Source of the DNA: Macrostomum lignano
Lineage: Eukaryota
Length of the DNA: 64,000 nucleotides
Direction: 5' to 3'
NCBI GenBank assembly: GCA_002269645.1
Contig: NIVC01001994.1
Location: 151,173 to 215,172 of the forward strand
Shown: piece after piece, positions 1 through 10,054 of the stretch
Layout of the letters: the number at the start of each line of letters is the position of its first letter
How positions within the stretch are numbered: position 1 is the stretch's first letter
Position numbers and translations under genes: made by a program
Notes under the pieces: model-generated
What the model was told of the DNA's origin: nothing
The model's input: only the letters and a program-made list of their open reading frames with translations
The model's database searches: none

Positions 1-653
1 CGCCAAAAGCTTGAGCTCCCACTTAATGAGGTGTCCTTCAGTCCAGGATACGAAGTTACTATGGAAGTGCACACATCTGTTATCTGGCTAGATGACAGGT
101 ATGGTTCATTTGGCGACAGATAGTTCAAACAGATGTGATCGACGATGAATTTAAGGAACTTGTTGACAAACGTCGCGTTCATTTTTAAATCGGAACCCTT
201 TTCGGGGTGCATTCGTAGATCACGAAGGGCGTTGGCGAGATCGTCCATTCGTGGAAGCGAGTACACTTCGGGCCATGGAAGTGTAGTTGCAGCCGTAGCT
301 GCTACAGCTGGATTTGGACTCAGAGCCTGTGTGCCTCGACTCGGTGTTGTGGCAATCTCGACATTGCGTATTTCGCTTTGCTGCTTTGGTGTAGTTGAAG
401 GTTCTACAGGGCATGCACCGCAGCTTGGAAGCAACTCTCCAGAAAGAAGGAAGTACACAGTTCTACATTCCTTTGCCACCTCCGATATTAAATCATCGTC
501 GTCGATTTCGAAACCGTCAGAAGTGACAATGCGAACATTTTCAACATCTGCAATGTCCAATTTTAAACAACCTTTGATGCGAAGGTCCGCCAAGGTCAGG
601 CCAGAAGCTGGAAGGAGCTTCTTGCGCTCCTCTGAGCCGTTGCAGATTCGAAG
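1..653 (-). CDS. CACTA/EnSpm element second gene (coding exon, runs off window): N-terminal CIDE-N/ubiquitin-like fold plus element-associated domain
   Basis: Stop-free frame from acceptor TTTCAG| at 654 to the window edge: LRICNGSEERKKLLPASGLTLADLRIKGCLKLDIADVENVRIVTSDGFEIDDDDLISEV...FIVDHICLNYL...VCTSIVTSYPGLKDTSLSGSSSFW. The first ~70 aa follow the CIDE-N pattern; the YPxLKD...W motif is typical of second ORFs of animal CACTA elements. Not in the ORF track (no start codon; antisense to the 145-657 ORF). Confidence 0.65.
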
Positions 654-784
654 CTGAAATGAGGTATGATGTGCACAACCTCAATCAGAATACATCTGGT
701 AAGACACAGATAAAATGAATTTATAAAGCCAAGGAATTCTTGTTCATTATGATTTTTCGGCTTTTGTCCTTGGCTTGACTTAAT

Positions 785-1270
785 GTAGTAGTAGTAGTAG
801 TAGTAGTAGTTAATTGGCTTGGGCAAGTAGTGCCCGTTATGTTAATAGAGTGTATTTAATTAGATATGAATAACTTAGTGTTAACAAAAGTTGTCAATAA
901 TGGACAATACAATTTAAACAGTAGAAGTTTTTGCATTAGATCAATGCCTTTAAGTTGCTGTGAGATGGCTTTCTTCCAAGGATCAATTGGATTGTCATTG
1001 TTGTTAAAGAGACTAGTGGTAGTAGAGTTAGCTTTAAATAAGTTTTAACCAGAAAAGGAGGTACCTTTTCTTAATGATTTCAGAAATAGGAAGAATGTTG
1101 AGTTCATTGAGTATGACTTTATTGCTTGTATGTATGCTCTGGTAGATTAAGAATTTAAGGAGAGACTTATAGAATTTCAATTGAATATTATCCAGATCCT
1201 TAATTTTTGATTGCCTGGCCAGTGGACCCCATACCTTGCAGCCATAAGTAATGACTGTGACAACAAAATG
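785..1270 (-). mobile_element. 5'-truncated non-LTR retrotransposon (LINE) 3' fragment with (ACT)n tail
   Basis: ORF 1034-1327 contains YGCKVWG...LDNIQLKFYKSLL...TSNKVILNELNILPISEIIKKRYLLFWLKL, the post-RT C-terminal pattern of LINE ORF2; ends in a (TAC)n tract at ~785-812. Confidence 0.6.
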
Positions 1271-1632
1271 TTTAGTGTTTTTATGATGTTTTTGTTTTTT
1301 TGTTGCTTTTTTCTGAACAATCTTCACTCTTCAATACTAAAAGCTGAAGCTTCAACAAGCTTAGACAGAGGATGAACCCATTTTAGGCAAGAAATGGTTC
1401 GAAAACCTGCACCATCTACATAGAACTAGCCTAGTCAAGGAAGGGCAAGCCGACCTATCATAAAAAGGTTAGACACCTATAGGCCAGAAATCTATGTAAG
1501 GTGGAGAGCACAGTTCCTTGTGCTAGAGGCAAGGTGGCCCTTGTAATAATTTGTTATTTTATGAAGTGCAAGTGTATGCCATATTGTTATATGCTTAAAT
1601 TTATCTAAAATGATACCCACTAAGATTGTAGA

Positions 1633-4188
1633 TTATTGATCAATGTTTTGGCAATGTAGCATTGGATAATATTTTAAAGAAAGAAAAAGTTTCCCTTGAT
1701 ACATTAAAAATGGAATTGGCTGATGAAAAAAGTGCTGAGTAGGTTCAATAAATACTAAATGGTCATTATTCACAGTGCATATAAAACTGCTATAATGACA
1801 AGAAAATTTAGCATTCACTTTTTTACAAATAATTATCCACTTGTTGGAAAGTTGAATAATATGGCTAATTAATGCTAAAGCAATTCCAGTTGGTTCTAAA
1901 ATTGGCAAACAATAACGGTAATTTAATGTTGGAGTCCGATATACAAACCCCTGATATTTTAGTTCATTAGTAGAAAGACAAATAGTGCCAATAATTGAGT
2001 CTGTATCTAAATTCATGTTGTTGCATAACTCAGTTTGTTCATCTATTGTCAATAGCATATTTAAGCTAATAGGATTTATATTATGGCTCTTAATTGTACC
2101 TGGTTCATAGTGCTTAATGATAAGTGCCTTTTGAATTTGATATTGTTTTGCACATGTATAGGCAGGATTTTTGAAATTTCTTGCATGCCTGTTTATATTC
2201 TTAAGCAATTGATGATGAGCTTCACCTCGCATACACCATAAGTATTTAAGACCACTATAATAATGATAAAATTCAGGATAGTGACATATATAATGCAATT
2301 TACATTTATATTTAGGATTGAAGCCCGTGTTTCTATATATTAATTCTAATTGGCCAGAAATAAGAGATTGAAAATATTCTAAGTTTATGCTACTATCATA
2401 TGGGGACAAAATTATGTCAAGAAACTGCCTGTGACAATTAAATAATATCCAAATATCATCATCCAACTCAAACAAATGTCCAAATAAAAGTCCAAAGTAT
2501 TGTAGAATAACAATTATTTGATTAGAAGTACATGGTAGATGATAATTTTGTAAGTGATATTTATTTATTGTAGGAATACTGACTTCTTTAATCAAATTTA
2601 GTTGTTTGTTTATATAGTCTATACTAATATTATGATTTTGAATAATACTTAATAGAATAATACATATAACAACATGAGAAAACCCTTCAAACACATCATG
2701 CATTATATCAGGGGGGAAAAAATATTGAAAGTTAATATATGCTACACTTCTAAACACAGATGGTGAAATTAAACCATTACTTAAGGATTTAAAATCTTCA
2801 ATATATGATGAATTATCTCGATATTCAAATAGGAATAATGTACTTAATTCTTCTAATCTAATGCTACAAAGCTGTTTATAACCTATAAAACAAAATCTAC
2901 AAATATAACCACTTGAAAACCAAGTTTGCATACCTAACATTCTATGTATTGATAAATTATCCCCAGTCATGAAAGCAGCAATAACAGGCATTTTTATCAA
3001 ATTACTTATTTGAAATTCTTCAAAGTAAAGCTCATTCAGCTCTCTAATTAATGGAAATAAACAAAACTGTAAACCTTTCTTTTTAACATTTGAATCATTA
3101 AATACTGTTAAAAGAAAATATAAGTCTGAAGATGAACTAAGATATTCAGGGAAATTAAGAATAGTAAAGTATACTACACATAATTTATGTTTTGTTTTGG
3201 CAGACCCAATAGGATTACATATTTCAATTTCATCTGAATAAAGTTTTATGAATATACCATTCTTATTTGTTAACAATGGACTAATATGTTCTTCAAAATA
3301 AGTAGACTTGAAAAAAAAATTTTCTTTGTTGGTTGCATTTAAATAAGAATTTGTAATAATATACTTAAGCAATGTCTCATTTTTTATAATAGAACTAAGT
3401 GTTTCTTTTATTGGAATATATAGAATTTTTAATTTTGATTCTTCATCTATGATTTCAATGGGCTCAACAAAATTAAACTTGTTTTGTAAAATTTCAAATA
3501 TTTTTTTATTACTTAATAGATGCTCTAATGAAAGGTCAATCATTTCTTGCAAATTTAATTTATTTTTATAAGAATTATAGCTGTTAACTATTGAAGGACA
3601 TTCTTCTTTTAAAAATTGCTCAAATAACAAAAAATAGTCATCAGCAAACTTCAATACTATTTCCTTAACAAGTTCACATAATTGATTAGATTTGCTTTTA
3701 GGAATTAAAAAGAAATGTCTAGACTTTAGATAAAAGTAAACAAAATTTTCAGCAAGATGTTTTCTTGTATTTTCACATAAAAAATCACTAGACATTTCAA
3801 ATTCAGGGTCTTTTTTTTCATTTTCAACTTGGTTACAAATAGTAGATAATATGGCTATATCTATAGGCACAGCTTGCAATTCATTTTCTAAAGGGTTTCC
3901 TAATAAGTCTAGAGTAGGGTTATTATGAACACAATTTGGCTGTAGAACTTGGTCTTGGGAAAAATTATCAACAACACTGTTTTTGTGCATACGATAGGCA
4001 TGTGCTTGTAATCCTTCAATTGTAACACTAATATGGTAACATCCCCTAACTGGACATAAAAAATTGCTATTCCCAAAAGAATGGTATAGTTTTATATGAC
4101 TTATAAGCTTAAATAAATCCTTGTGTGTATGAAGACATATACTACATTGAAATAGTTTTGAAATTACATTTTCATCTCCATTTAACAT
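1633..4188 (-). CDS. CACTA/EnSpm (CMC superfamily) DDE transposase, 851 aa, two N-terminal C2H2 fingers
   Basis: Uninterrupted ORF; FQCSIC..H..H and LCPVRGC..H..H fingers; motifs LYSDEIEICNPIGS..KHKL..YFTILN, GDNL..H..LG...FSSGYICRFC, PPDIMHD..EG, WCMRGEAHHQ match animal CACTA transposases. Confidence 0.85.
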   Translation of the reverse strand: MLNGDENVISKLFQCSICLHTHKDLFKLISHIKLYHSFGNSNFLCPVRGCYHISVTIEGLQAHAYRMHKNSVVDNFSQDQVLQPNCVHNNPTLDLLGNPLENELQAVPIDIAILSTICNQVENEKKDPEFEMSSDFLCENTRKHLAENFVYFYLKSRHFFLIPKSKSNQLCELVKEIVLKFADDYFLLFEQFLKEECPSIVNSYNSYKNKLNLQEMIDLSLEHLLSNKKIFEILQNKFNFVEPIEIIDEESKLKILYIPIKETLSSIIKNETLLKYIITNSYLNATNKENFFFKSTYFEEHISPLLTNKNGIFIKLYSDEIEICNPIGSAKTKHKLCVVYFTILNFPEYLSSSSDLYFLLTVFNDSNVKKKGLQFCLFPLIRELNELYFEEFQISNLIKMPVIAAFMTGDNLSIHRMLGMQTWFSSGYICRFCFIGYKQLCSIRLEELSTLFLFEYRDNSSYIEDFKSLSNGLISPSVFRSVAYINFQYFFPPDIMHDVFEGFSHVVICIILLSIIQNHNISIDYINKQLNLIKEVSIPTINKYHLQNYHLPCTSNQIIVILQYFGLLFGHLFELDDDIWILFNCHRQFLDIILSPYDSSINLEYFQSLISGQLELIYRNTGFNPKYKCKLHYICHYPEFYHYYSGLKYLWCMRGEAHHQLLKNINRHARNFKNPAYTCAKQYQIQKALIIKHYEPGTIKSHNINPISLNMLLTIDEQTELCNNMNLDTDSIIGTICLSTNELKYQGFVYRTPTLNYRYCLPILEPTGIALALISHIIQLSNKWIIICKKVNAKFSCHYSSFICTVNNDHLVFIEPTQHFFHQPIPFLMYQGKLFLSLKYYPMLHCQNIDQ

Positions 4189-4705
4189 ATCCTGGACAGT
4201 GGATAAGCCTACTAAATTCGTCGTTGTGGAATGGACAACGCGTAAAAACGTTTAAAAAGCACTAATTTTTAGGTTTGATCAGAACGAATTGCACGCAACA
4301 ATCTAAATGTTCGAAGTTAGTAGAGTGAAACAAAAGTTCCCAACATATTTTTGATCTGTGTTAGAAATGCGCTTGTACCTGTTAAAAGGAATACAATATA
4401 TAATTCCTTTAATTTAAGGCATTTAGAGCTTTCGATTGATGCAATTACATTTGACGGATAATTTTATTTGTGTTTTTATGCGGCAAAAAATACGGTGGTA
4501 TAAAACCTAAATTTATTTCCAGTCCGATTTTCTCTATAAAATCTCGCGTGTGCTTAAAAAAATATCATTTGAGGGCACTTGAAAAAATTTCATTCGTTTT
4601 CTCTGACCAAAAAAATCGGACCTTCAGACATGAAGGTCCGCCTTCAGGCATGAAGGTCCGCATTATGCAATTCGGACCTTATCCGGACCCATAAGATTTA
4701 CAGTG

Positions 4706-5152
4706 ATCAATGCCACCTATTATGCGTTGCTTCTGCGAAAGCTCCGCACCGAACTGGCCAAAAAGCAACCTGGCAAGCTGCACCTTGGGATTCTCTTTCA
4801 CCACGACAATGCACCAGCCACCAGCCCACACGTCTCGGCTCTGCCATGAAGCCCTGCAAGATTTCCGCTGGGAAATCCTCCAGCATCCTCCATATAGCCC
4901 TGCTTCCCAAGCTGAAGGAAGCAATCAAAAGGAGACCAAAATGAGGACAAAGAGGCTGCCAAAAAGGCTACTGTACAGTGGCTTGTTGCACAGCCTCCTT
5001 AGTTCTATGTGAACGGCCTGGAGAGATGGCAACACTGCATGGAGAAGCGTCTGACCCTGGAGGGGGACTATGTAGAAAAGTGATTTCCTTTTGAAGTTTG
5101 ACACTCGTGACAAAAAAATTATCATTACTTTTTGACTTTTTGACATTATCAG
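4706..5152 (+). pseudogene. Mariner (Tc1/mariner) transposase 3' remnant with probable right TIR
   Basis: Frameshifted translation INATYYALLLRKLR...ILFHHDNAPA/HTSRL...WEILQHPPYSP/LLPKLKEAIKG...WL...FYVNG..RWQHC...EGDYVEK*; the DLAPSDF segment is deleted; TIR-like end followed by TA at 5153-5154. Confidence 0.8.
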
Positions 5153-5383
5153 TAGTCTCAACTGATCCAAAATTGTCCCATCTCATACCATATAGTCCAA
5201 ACTAATCCCAAATAGTCCCAAGATATCCCAAAATCACCCTAAATCCCAAACTAAATCCAAATCCTCCTAACTACTCTCCAATAATAAAAATCCAGAGCAT
5301 TCTCTTCCTACCGCACTCAGAATCCCAGATCAGCTTCAAAAATCCCCAGAAATCCCGAACCGAATACCACAACTCCCAGCCAC

Positions 5384-5916
5384 ATGAACGGCTCCGCCGT
5401 CGGTCCTGACGGTGACGGAGGCGACCAGCACGACGAGCTGCCGGCGCTGTCCTCGGCCTTCCGCCAGCGCATCCGGCCGGTGCTGAACCGCATCGACGAG
5501 CTGCGCTCCCACGGCCTGCAGAGCGACCTCAAGCTGCCCATGGTGGCGGTGGTGGGCGACCAGTCGGTGGGCAAGTCCTCGGTGCTGGAGGCCATCTCGG
5601 GCGTGGAATTTCCCCGCGGCACCGGCATGGTCACCCGCTGCGCCCTGCAGCTGTCCATGCAGTGGAACGCCGACCCAGAGGCGCCGTGGCACGGTCGCAT
5701 CAGCTACAAGGACGTCAACGGGCACAAGGTGGACAAGGAGCTCAACTCGCCTGGGGAAGTGGACGGAGCCGTGAGGGAGGCCCAGCAGCGGATGACGCAC
5801 GGAGACAACGAGATCTCGAGTGAGCAGATTGACCTGGCGATCAAGGGACCGGATGTGCCCGACCTGACCTTGATTGACCTGCCGGGCATCGCCAGGTGAG
5901 ACGGACAGACAGGCAT

Positions 5917-5953
<37 letters not shown>

Positions 5954-8636
5954 TCAGAACAAATCAGCACAAAGGCACAGATGAACGCAATAACCCCCGA
6001 CCCTCAGGTACTCTGCCACAGGCGGTTCTGGCATCGCTCAGATCACCAAGTCGCTCATCGCCAAGTACGTCAGCCAGCCGCAGGTGCTCATCCTGGTGGT
6101 GGTGCCTTGCCACCAGGACATCGAGACGGTCGAGGCGCTGTCACTGGCCAAGGAGGCCGACCCGCAGGGCGAGCGCACCATCGGGGTGCTCACGTGCCCG
6201 GACATGGTGAACAAGGGCGCGGAGCAGGAGACGCTGAAGATCGCCAACAACGAGAAGATCCCGCTGAAGAAGGGCTACGTGATGGTGAAGTGCCGCAGTC
6301 CCGAGGAGCTCAACAACGGCGTCACCCTGACTGAGTCGGTGGCCAACGAGGCGGCTTTCTTCAAGACTCACCGGCACTTCAGCCAGCTGCCTGAGCAGTC
6401 CGTGGGCATCCGGACTCTGGCGGACAAGCTGACGGAGGAGCTGTTTGAGTCCGTGAAGAGGAACATCAGCACGCTGCAGAATGACATCCTGGTGAGAGAG
6501 TGAACAGGGATTCTGCAGAATTCTGGATGTACTGATCCCCAGACTCTCGTGTGCTGAGGTCCTGATCCCCAGACTCTCGTGTGCTGAGGTCCTGATCCCC
6601 AGACTCTCGTGTGCTGAGGTCCTGATCCCCAGACTCTCGTGTGCTGAGGTCCTGATCTCCATACTTCTGTGTGCTGAGGTCCTGATCCCAAGACTCTCGT
6701 GTGCTGAGGTCCAGATCCCCAGACTCTCGTGTGCTGAGGTCCTGATCCCCAGACTCTCGTGTGCTGAGGTCCTGATCTCCATACTTCTGTGTGCTGAGGT
6801 CCTGATCCCAAGACTCTCGTGTGCTGAGGTCCAGATCCCCAGACTCTCGTGTGCTGAGGTCCTGATCCCCAGACTCTCGTGCGCTGTGCTAGGGTTTCGG
6901 CACACTTGGGTATTGTAATCCCAGAGTCGTAAAGCCTAGAAAATCCCTACGCCAGTGACTGTCAATTGTCTGTTCAGTGGTCCCGACACAGCTCACCTGC
7001 CCAATCAAGCCGTCTTATTCCCCAAAGCTCCACACGAGAGCCTCCCTGCCACCCCGCAGGAGATGCGCAAGAAGTTCCAGGAGGAGCTGCAGCGTCTCGG
7101 ACAGCCGGTCGCCGAGACCAAAGACGAGAAACGGCGCTACCTGTTCGAGATGCTGAGCAACTTCAACAAAGACGTTGCCATAGCAACACAGGGCGAGATG
7201 AACGCCAGGTTTCACCTGTACGCCAAGTGCAGAAAGCACTGGACAGAGTTGGGGAAGCAGATTCATAGAGCTTGGCCAGGTAAGAAATTAGATGATAGAC
7301 TCGGGTGTCTGGTTGGAGTAACAAAAAGTGTGTTCATATTTTCAACACTGTTATATTCACGTACTCAGGCTGGGTCACTCGCAGCCACATCTCGCACTAT
7401 TGGCAGCCGCCCGAGCAGGTGACCCGTCTAATCACTGACTTGAGAGGTCGCGAGCTCGCCTCCTATGATCACGTGTTCCCAATAATTGAACGAATCTACA
7501 AGGAGGAGTTTCTGAACAAACTGAAACAGCCTGCGGAACAATTTCTGGAGCAGGTTGGATGATTTTGGTTTTATCGGGAAGCTGGGGAGTGGGGTGGCGG
7601 TCGTATGGGGTCGGCCGGTCCGTGAGAGTGGCGGGGAGGGTGGTAGGCGGTCCATGGGAATTAAGGGGCTTTGAACCAACGTGAAAGTATGGGGTTGGCG
7701 GGATTCTTTTGGCAATCGCAGCTCTATTGAGATGAAGTTTCCACAAAACCAAATCAATCAAGGTATCCGACGAGGTCACAGATGTGGTGCACCTCATTGC
7801 CCATAAGGTATTCGGCGACTTCCAAGACATCTTCGAGGTGGTGACGGAGACCAGCAACGAGGAGATCGCCAAGGTGCTGGAGCTGGCCAGAGCGGATCTG
7901 AGCGGACGGCTGTTTCTTCAGGAGGCGCGAGTGTTCTCGCAGGACAGCCAGTTCCAGGAGCGCATTGCAAAGATTGAGGAGGATCTTTACAAGGACAACG
8001 GCAACCAGCAGTGAGTGGCACTGATTACGTAACTGAGAATAGGTGTAGTGTTATTGATTAGGACAAGGCCGTGCAGCCCTAGATAAATACAGTTGCATGT
8101 ACAAGAATAGAGGGCAGATTGGCTGCAAATTAGCGATAAAAACAAAACAAAAAGTCAGAAGAGTGAGAGAGGGAGAGAGACTTCTAGCCAGCCAATCAGC
8201 GCTGGCGGTGGGGCAGAGGGACAGACTGCCTGACAGCCAATCAGCACTGGTGGTGGGGAAGAGGAACAGATAATAAGGGCCAATCAGCAACCAATCAGAA
8301 AATGCCAACCCAATCCCCGCCCGCAGGCCGCCCATCCCCGACAGCGCTGAGCGAATCCGCCGCGGTCTCGACGCCTACCTGCGGGTGGCCACCGAGCGAC
8401 TGAGCGACACCATCCCGCAGTCCGTTCTCTACTTCATGTTCGATGTTGTTTCTAAGCAGCTCGGCAACCGCGCCCTCGACCTGCTGTCCGAGTCCGAGTC
8501 TGCCGAGACGTTTCTGTCGCTGCTGCGTGAGCCGCGGCACAAAACTGCGAGAAGGAAACAGCTGAAGGAGATGATGGAGCAGCTGCGGCTGGCGCAGCGG
8601 GACTTCAACAAGTTTCGGCTGGATGTGCAGGCTTGA
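5384..8636 (+). CDS. Mx: Mx-like dynamin-family large GTPase, copy A (652 aa from ATG 5384)
   Basis: Exons 5384-5895, 6008-6491, 7060-7279, 7369-7553, 7763-8010, 8327-8636; all GT-AG, phases match, total 1959 nt. G1 GDQSVGKSS, G2 PRGTGMVTR, G3 DLPG, G4 TCPD, KKGYVMVKCR, stalk RGREL and QEARVFSQD, GED. No PH or PRD domain, as in Mx. Frame stays open upstream to an acceptor near 5320, so the N-terminus may be longer. Confidence 0.9.
6534..6880. repeat. 30-bp minisatellite in Mx-A intron
   Basis: Unit CTGATCCCCAGACTCTCGTGTGCTGAGGTC, ~12 copies. Confidence 0.9.
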
Positions 8637-8695
8637 GGTGTAATTGAGTCATAAGCGGCTCAATTTTCCGTTGTAACGTCACTTGAAAACTTCTG

Positions 8696-8701
8696 AATAA
8701 A
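8696..8701 (+). terminator. Probable polyadenylation signal of Mx copy A
   Basis: AATAAA 60 nt after the stop. Confidence 0.45.
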
Positions 8702-10054
8702 CTCTATAAGAACTGGAATGCACTTTGGCTACCCGGCTACCCGTCTGTCTCTTTGCCCCATTGTCGGTGCTTTTTCCGAAAGTGTGCAACAGTTTCTTTG
8801 TGTTTTTAGGCTTTTTTTCAGCTTATTTCCTATTTCTAAGCTATTGTGCCAACCAATTGTTCAGTGTTATCGAACTTTTAAGCGCCCGTGTGTCTCTTTA
8901 AAATACACTAGCTATTCCGGTTTAATTTTTCAAATAGTTCTGACAATGCGTTTTACTGACGTGATGGGCGGGGGGGGGGTTGTCACCGACTAGAGTGACT
9001 GACTGACCATTAAACTTACACTCGGTCCTAAACTTAAGCTCTCTTCCTTTTTCGGCGATCAGAACTCTCTCGGAGTCACGCTTGGTTTGACGGTCTGGCG
9101 GTCAACTAGACATGAACTAACCCTGTGCAGAAGCTAAATTTAGCAACAGGCGGTCGGTCGTAAAGTCGGAGAGAGATAAGAAAATTAAGGTACGATAAAC
9201 CGAGCTAGGCGAAAGCCAGACTTTATATTTAAAGTAATCAACTGGACGGACCTCTTCATGCGTCACGCGCACGGACAGGCCTAAAATATTGATCGTGCAA
9301 ATACTATACGCTCTAAATAGATCGTACCCACAACAGGAAAAGTAAAACGGCCCAATTGGGGGCAACTAAACGCAAAATTACATATATAAGAGGAAATAGG
9401 AATTGATACGATTTTTTGTCAGTTTATGCATAAATCAGACGCAGGGTGCTTAACAAAACGGCTCATGGTATTGAATTTCCGCTTCTAGATACTCTGCAAG
9501 TCTTACGGTCAACGCGAAACAAGTAAAATAGTATATATGTGTTAATGTGTACCTTCATCAGCACAACCGCAGAAGTTGAAAATAGCCTTCACGGGACGTC
9601 GGTCTAAGTCCATGCAGTACTTCATCAAGGTGCTTGGGTAGTCACACAAAAAGAGCTGCCCTGCTTAACGTATAAAGAAGTGTACTAAACTGCAACAAGG
9701 CGCAATCACTTGTTGACCTCGTCTACCGATCAAAGACAGTCAAAGGCAGCCATTCATGCGCAGGCTGATCGGATCTGGCATCAGGTATCCCCGCCGCTGG
9801 ACTGTCTCCTGAAAAGGCGGAGTTTCTTCCGCAGAAGGGCTCCAATACAGGCCCTCATTCAACGAAGATCCGAGCGTGTACGTCACGTTGGCGCATCAGG
9901 CCGGATCAGATTCGACCGTTGATCAATCACGAAGCGGACCAATCGAGCACTGAGGCAGAGAACAACGCGCCGCCGCTCCGTTACCAAGACATGCCGCGGT
10001 GACACTGCTGCTAGCCTGATCAACGGCTCTGCCCGAATCCGAATTCCCCTGGTA

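Larger units (their letters stand above)
1..4705 (-). mobile_element. CACTA/EnSpm DNA transposon (one terminus in window)
   Basis: Terminus reads CACTGTAAA from 4705 on the minus strand; subterminal GGACCTTCA/TGAAGGTCC repeats in both orientations at ~4617-4690; contains transposase and second gene. Other end is outside the window. Confidence 0.8.

Noticed and set aside
145-657. 170-aa plus-strand ORF
   Set aside because: Antisense shadow of the minus-strand CACTA second gene; no motif of its own.
5317-6905. Several overlapping ORFs antisense to or out of frame with Mx-A (and their mirrors at 14129-15848)
   Set aside because: Shadows of GC-rich exons or translations of the 30-bp minisatellite.
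9690-10050. GC-rich stretch with short ORFs in the Mx spacer
   Set aside because: Stops in all frames within ~100 codons and no recognisable motif; might be an exon remnant but is unsupported.
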